From: the human T2T-CHM13v2.0 reference genome, Homo sapiens
Length of the DNA: 64,000 bases
Direction: 5' to 3' (one strand)
NCBI RefSeq assembly: GCF_009914755.1
Contig: NC_060940.1
The notes under the pieces are model-generated. The model was not told where the DNA came from and did not search any database. It saw nothing but the letters and a program-made list of their open reading frames with translations. Below are positions 41,701-55,287 of the stretch, piece by piece (positions within the stretch are counted from its first letter, which is position 1; each line of letters starts with the position of its first letter). The position numbers and the translations under genes were made by a program.

Positions 41701-42765
41701 ATTCCATTTGATGATTCCATCTGATTCTATTCGAGGATTCCATTTGATTCCATTCGATGATGATTCCATTCGAGTGCATTCGATGATTTCATTCGAGTAC
41801 ATCCAATGATTCCATTCGAGTCCATTTGATTTTTCCATTTAATTCCATTTGATTATGATTCTACTAGAGTCCATTCAATGACTCCATTCGAATCCATTCA
41901 ACAATTCCATTCGAGGCCATTCGATGATTCCATTTCATGATTCTATTCGAGTCCATTTAATCATTACAGTCGAGTCCATTTGGTGATTCCACTGGATTTC
42001 TTTTGATAATGATACCATTCAATTACATTTGATGATGATACCATTCAATTTCATTTGATGGTGATTCCATTAGAGTCCATTCGATGATTTCATTCGAGTC
42101 CCTTCATTGATTCCATCCGATTTCATTTGATGATGACTCCATTCGAGTCCATTCGATGATTCCACTCGATTCCATTAGATGATTCCATTGGAGTCCATTT
42201 GATTGTTCCATTCGATTCTATTCGATTCCTTTCGAAGATTATTCCATTTGAGTCCATTCGATGATGATTCCATTCCATTCCATTCGATGATTCCGTTTGA
42301 TTCCATTCGATGATTCCCTTCGATTCCTTTCTTTGATGATTCCATTCCATTCCATTCAATGATTCCATTCGAATCTATTCCATGATGATTCCTTTCGATT
42401 CCATTCGCTGATGTTTCCGTTCAATTCCATTCGATGATGATTCCATTCGATTCCATTCATTGAGGATTCCATTTGATTCCATTCAATGATGATTCCATTC
42501 TATTCCATTCAATGATTGCATTCAATTCCATTCAATGATTATCCCCTTAGAGTAAACTCAACGATTCCATTCAATACCATTCGATGATGATTCCTTTTGA
42601 GTCCATTCAATGATTTCATTCAAGTCCATTTGATGATTCCTTTCAATTCCATTCTATGATGATTCCATTCGAGTCCATTCGATGATTCCATTCGATTGCA
42701 TTCGATGATTCCATTATATTCCATTCAACGGTGATTCCATTCGAGTCCATTCCATGATTCCATTA
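32783..42765 (+). repeat. Composite ~10-kb unit, copy 3 (9,983 bp = 4,130 + 5,853), the most complete copy
   Basis: Landmark at 32,783 and 42,766. The shared module recurs at 34,046, 38,176 and 44,029 (spacings 4,130 and 5,853). Confidence 0.85.
36210..38040 (+). repeat. Module X, copy 3
   Basis: Same landmarks at offset 32,745 from copy 1 (ORF 3,959 vs 36,704). Confidence 0.85.
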
Positions 42766-45700
42766 GAGTACATTTAATGATTGCTTTGTTTTCAATTCGA
42801 AGATGATTACATTGGATTCCATTCTATGATACCATTCGATTCCATTCAATGATGATTCCACTCAAATCCATTGGATGATTCCATTCGTGTCCATTCGGTG
42901 ATTTCATTAGATTCCATTCGAGGATGATTCCATTCGATTCCATTCGATGATTCCATTCAATTCCATTCGATGATGATTCCATTCCAGTCCATATGATCAT
43001 TCCATTTGATTTCATTCGATGATGATTCCATTCGAATCCATTCGATGATTCCATTCTATTCCATTCGATGATGATTCCATTCGAGTCCATTCGATGATTC
43101 CATTCGAGTCCATTTAATGATTCCATTGGGTTCAATTCAATGATGATTACATTGGATTCCGTTCTATGATTCTATTCAATTCCGTTCATTGACAATTTGA
43201 TTCCATTCGATGATGATTCCATTTGAGTTCATTCGATGATTCTATTTGATTCTCTTCGATGGTGATTCAATTCTATTATATTGGATGATTCCATTCGATT
43301 CCATTTGATGTTGATTCAATTCGATTCTATTCGATGATGATTCCATTGGATTTCACTTCATGATTCTGTTCGATTCCATTCAATTATGATTCACTTCTCG
43401 TCCATTGGATGATTCCATTTCATTCCATTCGATGATGATTCCATTCGATTCCATTCGATGATTCCATTTGATTCCATGCGTCGGTGAGCAATTCGATTCA
43501 ATTCCATGATGATTCTATTTGATTTAATTAGATGATGTTTCCATTCGAATCCATTCCATGATTATTCCATTGGAATCCATTCGGCGATGATTCCATATGA
43601 GTCAATTCAATGATGATTCCATATGGGTCCGTTCGATGATAATTCCATTTGATTTCATTCGGTGCTTCTATTCAATTCCAGTCGATGATGATTCCGTTGG
43701 AGTCCATACGATGATTCCATTTGATTTCATTTGATGATGATTCCATTCGATGATGATTACATTGGATTCCATTCTATGATTCCATTCAATTCCATTCGTT
43801 GATGATTCGATTCCATTCAATGATGATTCCATTTGAGTTCATTCGATGATTCTATTCGATTCCGTTCGATGGTGATTCAATTCTCTTATATTGGATGAAT
43901 CCACTCGATTCCATTTGATGATTATTCCATTGGAGTCCACTTAGTGAATCCTTCAGATTCTACTCGAAGATGATTCCATTCAAGTCCATTCGATGATACC
44001 ATTCAATTCCATTCGTTGATGCTTCCATTCAAGTGCATTCGATGATATCATTCGATTCCATTTGATGATAATTCCATTTCATTCCATGCGATGATTCTAT
44101 TCGATTCCATTCAATGATAATTCCATTCAGTTCAGTGATTCCTCTGGACTCCATTTGATGATGATTCCATTCAATGATTCCATTCGATTCTATTCGAAAA
44201 TGATTCCATTTGAATCCATTTGATGATGATTCCATTAGATTCCATTTGATGATTCCATTCGATTCCATGCGACGATGATTCCATTCGATTCCATTTGATG
44301 ATTCCATTCTATTCTATTCGATGATGATTCCATTCGATTCCATTCGATGATGATTGGATTTGATTCCATTTGATGATTTCATTTGATTCCATTCGTTAAT
44401 GATTTCGATCAATTCCATTCGATGATTCCATTCGATTCCATTCGATAATGATTACATCCGTGTCCATTCAATGATTTCATTTGAGCCTGTTCGATAATTC
44501 CATTGGAGTCCAACCAATGATTCCATTCATTTCCATTCAATGATTCCATTCGAGTCCATTTGATCATTCCGGTAGGGTCCATTCGATGTTGATTCCATTG
44601 GAGTGCATTCGATGATTCCATTCGAGTCCATTTTATGATTTGATTCGAGTCCTTTCGATGATTCCATTCGATTCCACTCGATGATGATTTCATTCGAGTC
44701 CATTCGACACTTCCAATCGATTCCATTTGATGTTTCCATTCGAGTCCAATTGATGATTCCATTCAATTCCATTCGATGATGATTCCGTACGATTCCATTC
44801 TGTGATGATTCCATGTGATTGCATTCAATGATGATTCCTTTAGATTGCATTCGATTGTGATTCATTTCGTCTTCATTCTATGGTTCCACAGGTTTCCATT
44901 CGTGTCCATTCCATTATTCCATTCTATTCCATTTGATGATGATTCCATTCGATTCCATTCATTGGTGATTCCACTCAATTCCATTCAATGATTCCATTCC
45001 ATTTCTTTCAACAATGATTCCATTAGTTTCTAATCGATGATCCACTTGATTCCATTTGACGACGATTCTATTCTTGTCCATTCGATGATTCCATTTGATT
45101 CCATATCATGTTGATTCCATTCGATTCCATACGATGATGATTCCGTTCGAGTCCATTCCATGGTGATTCCATTCAATTCCATTCGATGATTCCTTTCGAT
45201 TCCATTCGATGATGATGGCATTCGATTCCTTTCAATCATTCCCTTTGATTCCATTCAAAGGTGATTTCATTCAAGTCCATTCGATAATTGCATTCGATTC
45301 CATTCTATGATGATTCCATTCGAGTCCATTTGATGATTCCATTCAATTCAAGTCAATGATGATTCCATTCGATTCCATTCGATGATTCCATTCAATTCCA
45401 TTCGATGATGATTCCATTCAAATCCATTCGATAATTCAATTCAAGTCCATTCGATGATGATTAAAATCGAATCCATTCAAAGATTCCATTCAGTTCCATT
45501 CGATGATTCCCTTAGATTCCATTCGATGATTCCACTTGATTCCATTTACGATGATTCCATTCGATTCCATGTGATGATTCCATTCAATTCTATTCAATGC
45601 TGTTTCCATTTGATTCCATTCGACCATGATTGCCTTTGATTCCATTCAATGACTCCATTCGGTTCCTTTTGATGATGATTCCGTTCGATTCCATTTCATT

Positions 45701-48700
45701 ATTCCATTTGATTCCATTGGATGAGTCCATTCGATTACATTTGATGATTATTCCATTCGAGTGCATTAGATGATTCCATTCGAGTCCATTCGATGATTCC
45801 ATTCGATTCCATTCGATGTTGATTCTGTTCAAATCCATTCGATGATTCCACTCGATTCCATTCGATGACTCCAGTTGATCCCATTCGATGATTTCCTTTG
45901 ATTCCCTTTGATGATCATTCCATTTGATTCAATTCGGTGATTTCATTTGATTCCATTCAGTGATGTTTCCATTCGACTCCATTCGATGATGATTCCATTC
46001 GACTCCATTCGATTATGATTTCATTCAATTCCATTCGATAATGATTCCCTTCGAGTCCATTCGATGATTCCATTCGATTACATTCAACAATGATTTGATT
46101 CGTGTCCATTCGATGATTCCATTTGATTCCACTTGATGATGATTCCATTCGAGTCCATTTGATGATTCCATTCAATTCCATTCTCCGATGATTTCTTTTG
46201 AGCCCATTCAATGCTTCCACTCGATTCCATATGATGATGACTCCATTCGATGAAATTCGATGATGATTCCATTCGCTTGCATTCGATGATGATTCCACTT
46301 GAGTCCATTAGAAGATTCTATTCAATGTTATTCGATGATTCCATTCGATCTCATTCGATGATGATTCCATTCAACTCCATTCGATGTTTCCATTCGAGTT
46401 CATTCTATTATTCCATTAGATTCCATTCGATGATGATTCCATTCGATTCCATTTGATGATTGCATTCTATTTCATTTGATGATGATTCCATTCGAGTCCA
46501 CTCGATGATTCCATTCGAGTCCATTTAATGAATCCATTGGTTTCAATTCTATGATGATTACATTGGATTCCATTCGTTGATGATTTCATTCGGTTCCATT
46601 CAATGATGATTCCATTCAATTCCTTTCAATGTTTCCATTCAATTCCATACGATGATGATTCCATTTGATTTGATTCGACAGTGAGCCATTCGATTCAATT
46701 CCATGATGATTCTATTTGATTCCATTGGTTGACATATCCATTCGATTCCATTCGATGATGATTCCCTTTGATTCCATTCAAAGATGATTCCATTCTAGCC
46801 CATTCAATCATTCCATTCGATTCTATTCAATGATGATTCCATTCATGTCGATTTGGTGATTCCATTTGACTTCATTTGATGATGATTCCTTTCAAGTTCA
46901 TTAGATGATTCCATTCGATTCCATTTGATGATGATCCCATTCGAGTCCATTCAGTGATTCCACTCGTTTCCATTCCATGATGATTCCATTCCATTCCATT
47001 CAATGATTCCATTCGATTCCGTTTGATGATGATTTCATTCGAGTCCATTTGATGATTCCATTTGATTCCATTCGATGATGATTCCATTCGAGTCCATTCG
47101 ATGATTGTATTCGAATCCATTTGATGATTTCTTTTCATTATAGTTGGTGATGATTCCATTGGAGTCCATTCAATGATTCCATTCGATTCCAATCGATGGT
47201 GATTCCATTAGAGTCCATTTAAAGATTCCATTTGATTCCAGTCTCTGATGATTACATTCGAGTCCATACAATGATTCCACTCAATTCCATATGATGATGA
47301 TTCCATTCGATTCCATTCGATGATTCCATTCTATTCTATTCAATGGTGATTCCATTCAAATCCATTCGATAATTCAATTCAAGTCCATTCGATGATGATT
47401 AAAATCGAATCCATTCAAAGATTCCATTCAGTTCCATTCGATGATTCCCTTAGATTCCATTCGATGATTCCACTTGATTCCATTTACGATGATTCCATTC
47501 GATTCCATGTGATGATTTCATTCAATTCTATTCAATGCTGTTTCCATTTGATTCCATTCGACCATGATTGCCTTTGATTCCATTCAATGACTCCATTCGG
47601 TTCCTTTTGATGATGATTCCGTTCGATTCCATTTGATGATTCCATTTGATTCCATTGGATGAGTCCATTCGATTACATTCGATGATTATTCCATTCGAGT
47701 GCATTAGATGATTCCATTCGAGTCCATTCGATGATTCCATTCGATTCCATTCGATGTTGATTCTGTTCAAATCCATTCGATGATTCCACTCGATTCCATT
47801 CGGTGACTCCAGTTGATCCCATTCGATGATTTCCTTTGATTCCCTTTGATGATCATTCCATTTGATTCAATTCGGTGATTTCATTTGATTCCATTCAGTG
47901 ATGATTCCATTCGACTCCATTCGATGATGATTCCATTCGACTCCATTCGATTATGATTTCATTCAATTCCATTCGATAATGATTCCCTTCGAGTCCATTC
48001 GATGATTCCATTCGATTCCATTCAACAATGATTTGATTCGTGTCCATTCAATGATTCCATTTGATTCCACTTGATGATGATTCCATTCGAGTCCATTTGA
48101 TGATTCCATTCAATTCCATTCTCCGATGATATCTTTTGAGCCCATTCAATGCTTCCACTCGATTCCATATGATGATGACTCCATTCGATGAAATTCGATG
48201 ATGATTCCATTCGCTTGCATTCGATGATGATTCCACTTGTGTCCATTAGAAGATTCTATTCAATTACATTCCATGACGATTCCGTTCGAGTCCATTTGAT
48301 GATTCCATTAGACTCCATTCGACGATGATTCCATTCGATGTTATTCGATGATTCCATTCGATCTCATTCGATGATGATTCCATTCAACTCCATTCGATGT
48401 TTCCATTCGAGTTCATTCTATTATTCCATTAGATTCCATTCGATGATGATTCCATTCGATTCCATTTGATGATTGCATTCTATTTCATTTGATGATGATT
48501 CCATTCGAGTCCACTCGATGATTCCATTCGAGTCCATTTAATGAATCCATTGGTTTCAATTCTATGATGATTACATTGGATTACATTCGTTGATGACTTC
48601 ATTCGGTTCCATTCAATGATGATTCCATTCAATTCCTTTCAATGTTTCCATTCAATTCCATACGATGATGATTCCATTTGATTTGATTCGACAGTGAGCC

Positions 48701-50815
48701 ATTCGATTCAATTCCATGATGATTCTATTTGATTCAATTGGTTGACATTTCCATTCGATTCCATTCGATGATGATTCCCTTTGATTCCATTCAAAGATGA
48801 TTCCATTCTAGCCCATTCAATCATTCCATTCGATTCTATTCAATGATGATTCCATTCATGTCGATTTGGTGATTCCATTTGACTTCATTTGATGATGATT
48901 CCTTTCAAGTTCATTAGATGATTCCATTCGATTCCATTTGATGATGATCCCATTCGAGTCCATTCAGTGATTCCACTCGTTTCCATTCCATGATGATTCC
49001 ATTCCTTTCCATTCAATGATTCCATTCGATTGCGTTTGATGATGATTTCATTCGAGTCCATTTGATGATTCCATTTGATTCCATTCGATGATGATTCCAT
49101 TCGAGTCCATTCGATGATTCTATTCGAATCCATTTGATGATTTCTTTTGATTATAGTTGGTGATGATTCCATTGGAGTCCATTCAATGATTCCATTCGAT
49201 TCCAATCGATGGTGATTCCATTAGAGTCCATTTAACGATTCCATTTGATTCCAGTCTCTGATGATTACATTCGAGTCCATACGATGATTCCACTCAATTC
49301 CATATGATGATGATTCCATTCGATTCCATTCGATGATTCCATTCTATTCTATTCAATGGTGATTCCATTCGAGTACATTAGATGATTCCATTCGATTCCA
49401 TTCAATGATGATTCTATTTGTGTCCCTTAGATGATTCCACATGATTCCATTAGATGATGATACTATTTCAGCCCATCCAATGATTCCCTTCGATTCCATT
49501 CGATGAGGATTCCATTCGATTCAATTCATTGGTGATTCTATTCAATTCAATTCTTTGATTCCATTCCATTCCATTCGACAATGATTCCATTCGATTTCTT
49601 TCGATGATTCCACTCGATTCCACTTGACATTGATTCCCTTCGATTCCATTCAATGATTCCATTTGATTCCAGTGGATGATGATTGCCATCGATTCCATTC
49701 GATCACTCCATTCTATTCCATTTGATGATGATTACATTCGATTCCATTTGATGATTCCATCTGATTCTATTCGAGGATTCCATTTGATTCCATTCGATGA
49801 TGATTCCATTCGAGTCCATTCGATGATTTCATTCGAGTACATCCAATGATTCCATTCGAGTCCATTTGATGATTCCATTTGATTCCATTTGATAATGATT
49901 CTACTAGAGTCCATTCAATGACTCCATTCGAGTCCATTCAACAATTCCATTCGACTCCATTTGATGATTCCATTCGATTCCATTTGATGATTCCATTCGA
50001 GTCCATTTAATCATTACAGTCGAGTCCATTTGGTGATTCCACCGGATTTCTTTTGATAATGATACCATTCAATTACATTTGATGATGATCCCATTCAATT
50101 TCATTTGATGGTGATTCCATTAGAGTCCATTCGATGATTTCATTCGAGTCCCTTCATTGATTCCATCCGATTTCATTGGATGATGACTCCATTCGAGTCC
50201 ATTCGATGATTCCACTCGATTCCATTAGATGATTCCATTGGAGTCCATTTGATTGTTCCATTCGATTCCATTCGATTCCTTTCGAAGATTATTCCATTTG
50301 AGTCCATTCGATGATGATTCCATTCCATTCCATTCGATGATTCCGTTTGATTCCATTCGATGATTCCCTTCGATTCCTTTCTTTGATGATTCCATTCCAT
50401 TCCATTCAATGATTCCATTCGAATCTATTCCATGATGATTCCTTTCGATTCCATTCGCTGATGTTTCCGTTCAATTCCATTCGATGATGATTCCATTCGA
50501 TTCCATTCATTGAGGATTCCATTTGATTCCATTCAATGATGATTCCGTTCTATTCCATTCAATGATTGCATTCAATTCCATTCAATGATTATCCCCTTAG
50601 AGTAAACTCAACGATTCCATTCAATACCATTCGATGATGATTCCTTTTGAGTCCATTCAATGATTTCATTCAAGTCCATTTGATGATTCCTTTCAATTCC
50701 ATTCTATGATGATTCCATTCGAGTCCATTCGATGATTCTATTCGATTGCATTCGATGATTCCATTATATTCCAGTCAACGATGATTCCATTCGAGTCCAT
50801 TCGATGATTCCATTA
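42766..50815 (+). repeat. 6,112-bp-type unit carrying an internal tandem duplication (8,050 = 6,112 + 1,938)
   Basis: Landmark at 42,766 and 50,816. Duplicated block at 45,409-47,346 (1,938 bp) and 47,347-49,359 (2,013 bp). The marker GATTAAAATCGAATCC occurs near 45,460 and 47,398. Confidence 0.85.
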
Positions 50816-53800
50816 GAGTACATTTAATGATTGCTTTGTTTTCAATTCGAAGATGATTACATTGGATTCCATTCTATGATACCATTCGATTCCATTCAAT
50901 GATGATTCCACTAAAATCCATTGGATGATTCCATTCGTGTCCATTCGGTGATTTCATTAGATTCCATTCGAGGATGATTCCATTCGATTCCATTCGATGA
51001 TTCCATTCAATTCCATTCAATGATGATTCCATTCCAGTCCATATGATCATTCCATTTGATTTCATTCGATGATGATTCCATTCGATTCCATTCGATGATT
51101 CCATTCTATTCCATTCGATGATGATTCCATTCGAGTCCATTCGATGATTCCATTCGAGTCCATTTAATGATTCCATTGGGTTCAATTCAATGATGATTAC
51201 ATTGGATTCCGTTCTATGATTCCATTCAATTCCGTTCATTGACAATTTGATTCCATTCGATGATGATTCCATTTGAGTTCATTCGATGATTCTATTCGAT
51301 TCTCTTCGATGGTGATTCAATTCTATTATATTGGATGATTCCATTCGATTCCATTTGATGTTGATTCAATTCGATTCTATTCGATGATGATTCCATTGGA
51401 TTTCACTTGATGATTCTATTCGATTCCATTCAATGATGATTCACTTCTCGTCCATTGGATGATTCCATTTCATTCCATTCGATGATGATTCCATTCGATT
51501 CCATTCGATGATTCCATTTGATTCCATGCGACGGTGAGCAATTCGATTCAATTCCATGATGATTCTATTTGATTCAATTAGATGATGTTTCCATTCGAAT
51601 CCATTCCATGATTATTCCATTGGAATCCATTTGGCGATGATTCCATATGAGTCAATTCAATGATGATTCCATATGGGTCCGTTCGATGATAATTCCATTT
51701 GATTTCATTCGATGCTTCTATTCTATTCCAGTCGATGATGATTCCGTTGGAGTCCATACGATGATTCCATTTGATTTCATTTGATGATGATTCCATTCGA
51801 TGATGATTACATTGGATTCCATTCTATGATTCCATTCAATTCCATTCGTTGATGATTCGATTCCATTCAATGATGATTCCATTTGAGTTCATTCGATGAT
51901 TCTATTCGATTCCGTTCGATGGTGATTCAATTCTATTATATTGGATGATTCCACTCGATTCCATTTGATGATTATTCCATTGGAGTCCACTTAGTGAATC
52001 CTTTAGATTCTACTCGACGATGATTCCATTCGAGTCCATTCCATGATACCATTCAATTTCATTCGTTGATGCTTCCATTCAAGTGCATTCGATGATATCA
52101 TTCGATTCCATTTGATGATAATTCCATTTGATTCCGTGCGATGATTCTATTCGATTCCATTCAATGATAATTCCATTCAATTCAGTGATTCCTCTGGACT
52201 CCATTTGATGATGATTCCATTCAATGATTCCATTCGATTCTATTCCAAAATGATTCCATTTGAATCCATTTGATGATGATTCCATTAGATTCCATTTGAT
52301 GATTCCATTCGATTGCATTTGACGATGATTCCATTCGATTCCATTTGATGATTCCATTCTATTCTATTCGATGATGATTCCATTCGATTCCATTTGATGA
52401 TGATTGGATTCGATTCCATTTGATGATTTCATTTGATTCCATTCGTTAATGATTTCGATCAACTCCATTCGTTGATTCCATTTGATTCCATTCGATAATG
52501 ATTACATCCGAGTCCACTCGATGATTCCATTTGAGCCCGTTCGATAATTCCATTTGAGTCCAATCAATGATTCCATTCATTTCCATTCAATGATTCCATT
52601 CGAGTCCATTTGATCATTCTGGTAGGGTCCGTTCGATGTTGATTCCATTGGAGTGCATTCGATGATTCCATTCGAGTCCATTTTAGGATTTGATTCGAGT
52701 CCTTTCGATGATTCCATTCGATTCCACTCGATGATGATTTCATTCGAGTCCATTCGACACTTCCAATCGATTCCATTTGATGTTTCCATTCGAGTCCAAT
52801 TGATGATTCCATTCAATTCCATTCGATGATGATTCCGTACGATTCCATTCTGTGATGATTCCATGTGATTGCATTCCATGATGATTCCTTTCGATTGCAT
52901 TCGATTATGATTCATTTCGTGTTCATTCTATGGTTCCACAGGTTACCATTCGATGACGTTTCCGTTCGTGTCCATTCCATTATTCCATTCTATTTCATTT
53001 GATGATGATTCCATTCGATTCCATTCATTGGTGATTCCACTCAATTCCATTCAATGATTCCATTCCATTTCTTTCAACAATGATTCCATTAGTTTCTATT
53101 CGATGATCCACTTGATTCCATTTGGCGATGATTCCATTCGTGTCCATTCGATGATTCCATTTGATTCCATATGATGATGATTCCATTCGATTCCATACCA
53201 TGATGATTCCATTCGAGTCCATTCAATGGTGATTCCATTCAATTCCATTCGATGATTCCTTCCGATTCCATTCGATGATGATGGCATTCGATTCCTTTCA
53301 ATCATTCCCTTTGATTCCATTCAAAGGTGATTTCATTCAAGTCCATTCGATAATTGCATTCGATTCCATTCTATGATGATTCCATTCGAGTCCATTTGAT
53401 GATTCCATTCAATTCAAGTCAATGATGATTCCATTCAATTCCACTCGATGATTCCATTGGATTCCATTCGATGATGATTCCATTCAAATCCATTCGATAA
53501 TTCAATTCAAGTCCATTCGATGATGATTCCAATCGAATCCATTCAAAGATTCCATTCAATTCCATTCGATGATGATTCCCTTAGATTCCATTCGATGATT
53601 CCACTTGATTCCATTTACGATGATTCCATTCGATTCCATGTGATGAATCCATTCAATTCTATTCAATGATGTTTCCATTTGATTCCATTGGACCATGATT
53701 GCCTTTGATTCCATTCAATGATTCCATTCGGTTCCATTTGATGATGATTCCGTTCGATTCCATTTCATTATTCCATTTGATTCCATTGGATGAGTCCATT

Positions 53801-55287
53801 CGATTACATTCGATGATTATTCCATTCGAGTGCATTAGATGATTGCATTCGAGTCCATTCGATGATTCCATTCGATTCCATTCGATGTTGATTCTGTTCA
53901 AATCCATTCGATGATTCCACTCGATTCCAATCGATGACTCCATTTGATCCCATTCGATGATTTCCTGTGATTCCCTTTGATGATCATTCTATTTGATTCA
54001 ATTCGGTGATTTCATTTCATTCCATTCAGTGATGTTTCCATTCGACTGTATTCGATGATGATTCCATTCGACTCCATTCGATTATGATTTCATTCAATTC
54101 CATTCAACAATGATTCCCTTCGAGTCCATTCGATGATTCCATTCGATTCCATTCAACGATGATTTGATTCGTTTCCATTCGATGATTCCATTTGATTCCA
54201 CTTGATGATGATTCCATTCGAGTCCATTTGATGATTCCATTCGAGTCTTTTTATGTATTATATTCTTGTCCACTTCATGATTCCATTCAATTCCATTTAA
54301 TGTTGATTCCATTTGATTCCATTTGATGATTCAGTTCGATTCCTTGCAATGATTCCCTACGATTCCTTTCTCTGATGATTCCATTCAATTCCATTCATTG
54401 ATGATTTCATTCGACTCCATTCGATGATGATTCCTTTCGATTCCATTTGACGATGTTTCCATTCGAGTCCATTCGATGATGATTCTATTCAATTCTGTTC
54501 TATTATGATTCCATTCGATTTCATTCAATGCTTCTATTTGATTCCATTCGATGATGATTCCATCTCTTTCCCTTCGATGATTCCATTTGATTCCATTCAG
54601 TGATGATTCCATTTGATTCCATCTGATGATGATTTCACTTGATTCCTTTCAATGATGACTCCATTCGAGTCCATTCGATGATTCCACTCGATTCCATTAA
54701 ATGATTCCATTGGAGTCCATTTGATTGTTCCATTCGATTCCATTCGATTCCTTTCGAAGATTATTCCATTTGAGTCCATTCGATGATGATTCCATTCCAT
54801 TCCATTCGATGATTCCGTTTGATTCCATTCGATGATTCCCTTCGATTCCATTCTTTGATGATTCCATTCCATTCCATTCAATGATTCCATTCGAATCTAT
54901 TCCATGATGATTCCTTTCGATTCCATTCGCTGATGTTTCCGTTCAATTCCATTCGATGATGATTCCATTCGATTCCATTCATTGAGGATTCCATTTGATT
55001 CCATTCAATGATGATTCCATTCTATTCCATTCAATGATTGCATTCAATTCCATTCAATGATTATCCCATTAGAGTAAACTCAACGATTCCATTCAATACC
55101 ATTCGATGATGATTCCTTTTGAGTCCATTCAATGATTTCATTCAAGTCCATTTGATGATTCCTTTCAATTCCATTCTATGATGATTCCATTCGAGTCCAT
55201 TCGATGATTCCATTCGATTGCATTCGATGATTCCATTATATTCCATTCAACGATGATTCCATTCGAGTCCATTCGATGATTCCATTA
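50816..55287 (+). repeat. Truncated composite unit (4,472 bp = 9,983 - 5,511)
   Basis: Enters module X at 54,243, then at ~54,652-54,658 (ATGATGA) jumps to sequence equivalent to ~42,130. Confidence 0.8.
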
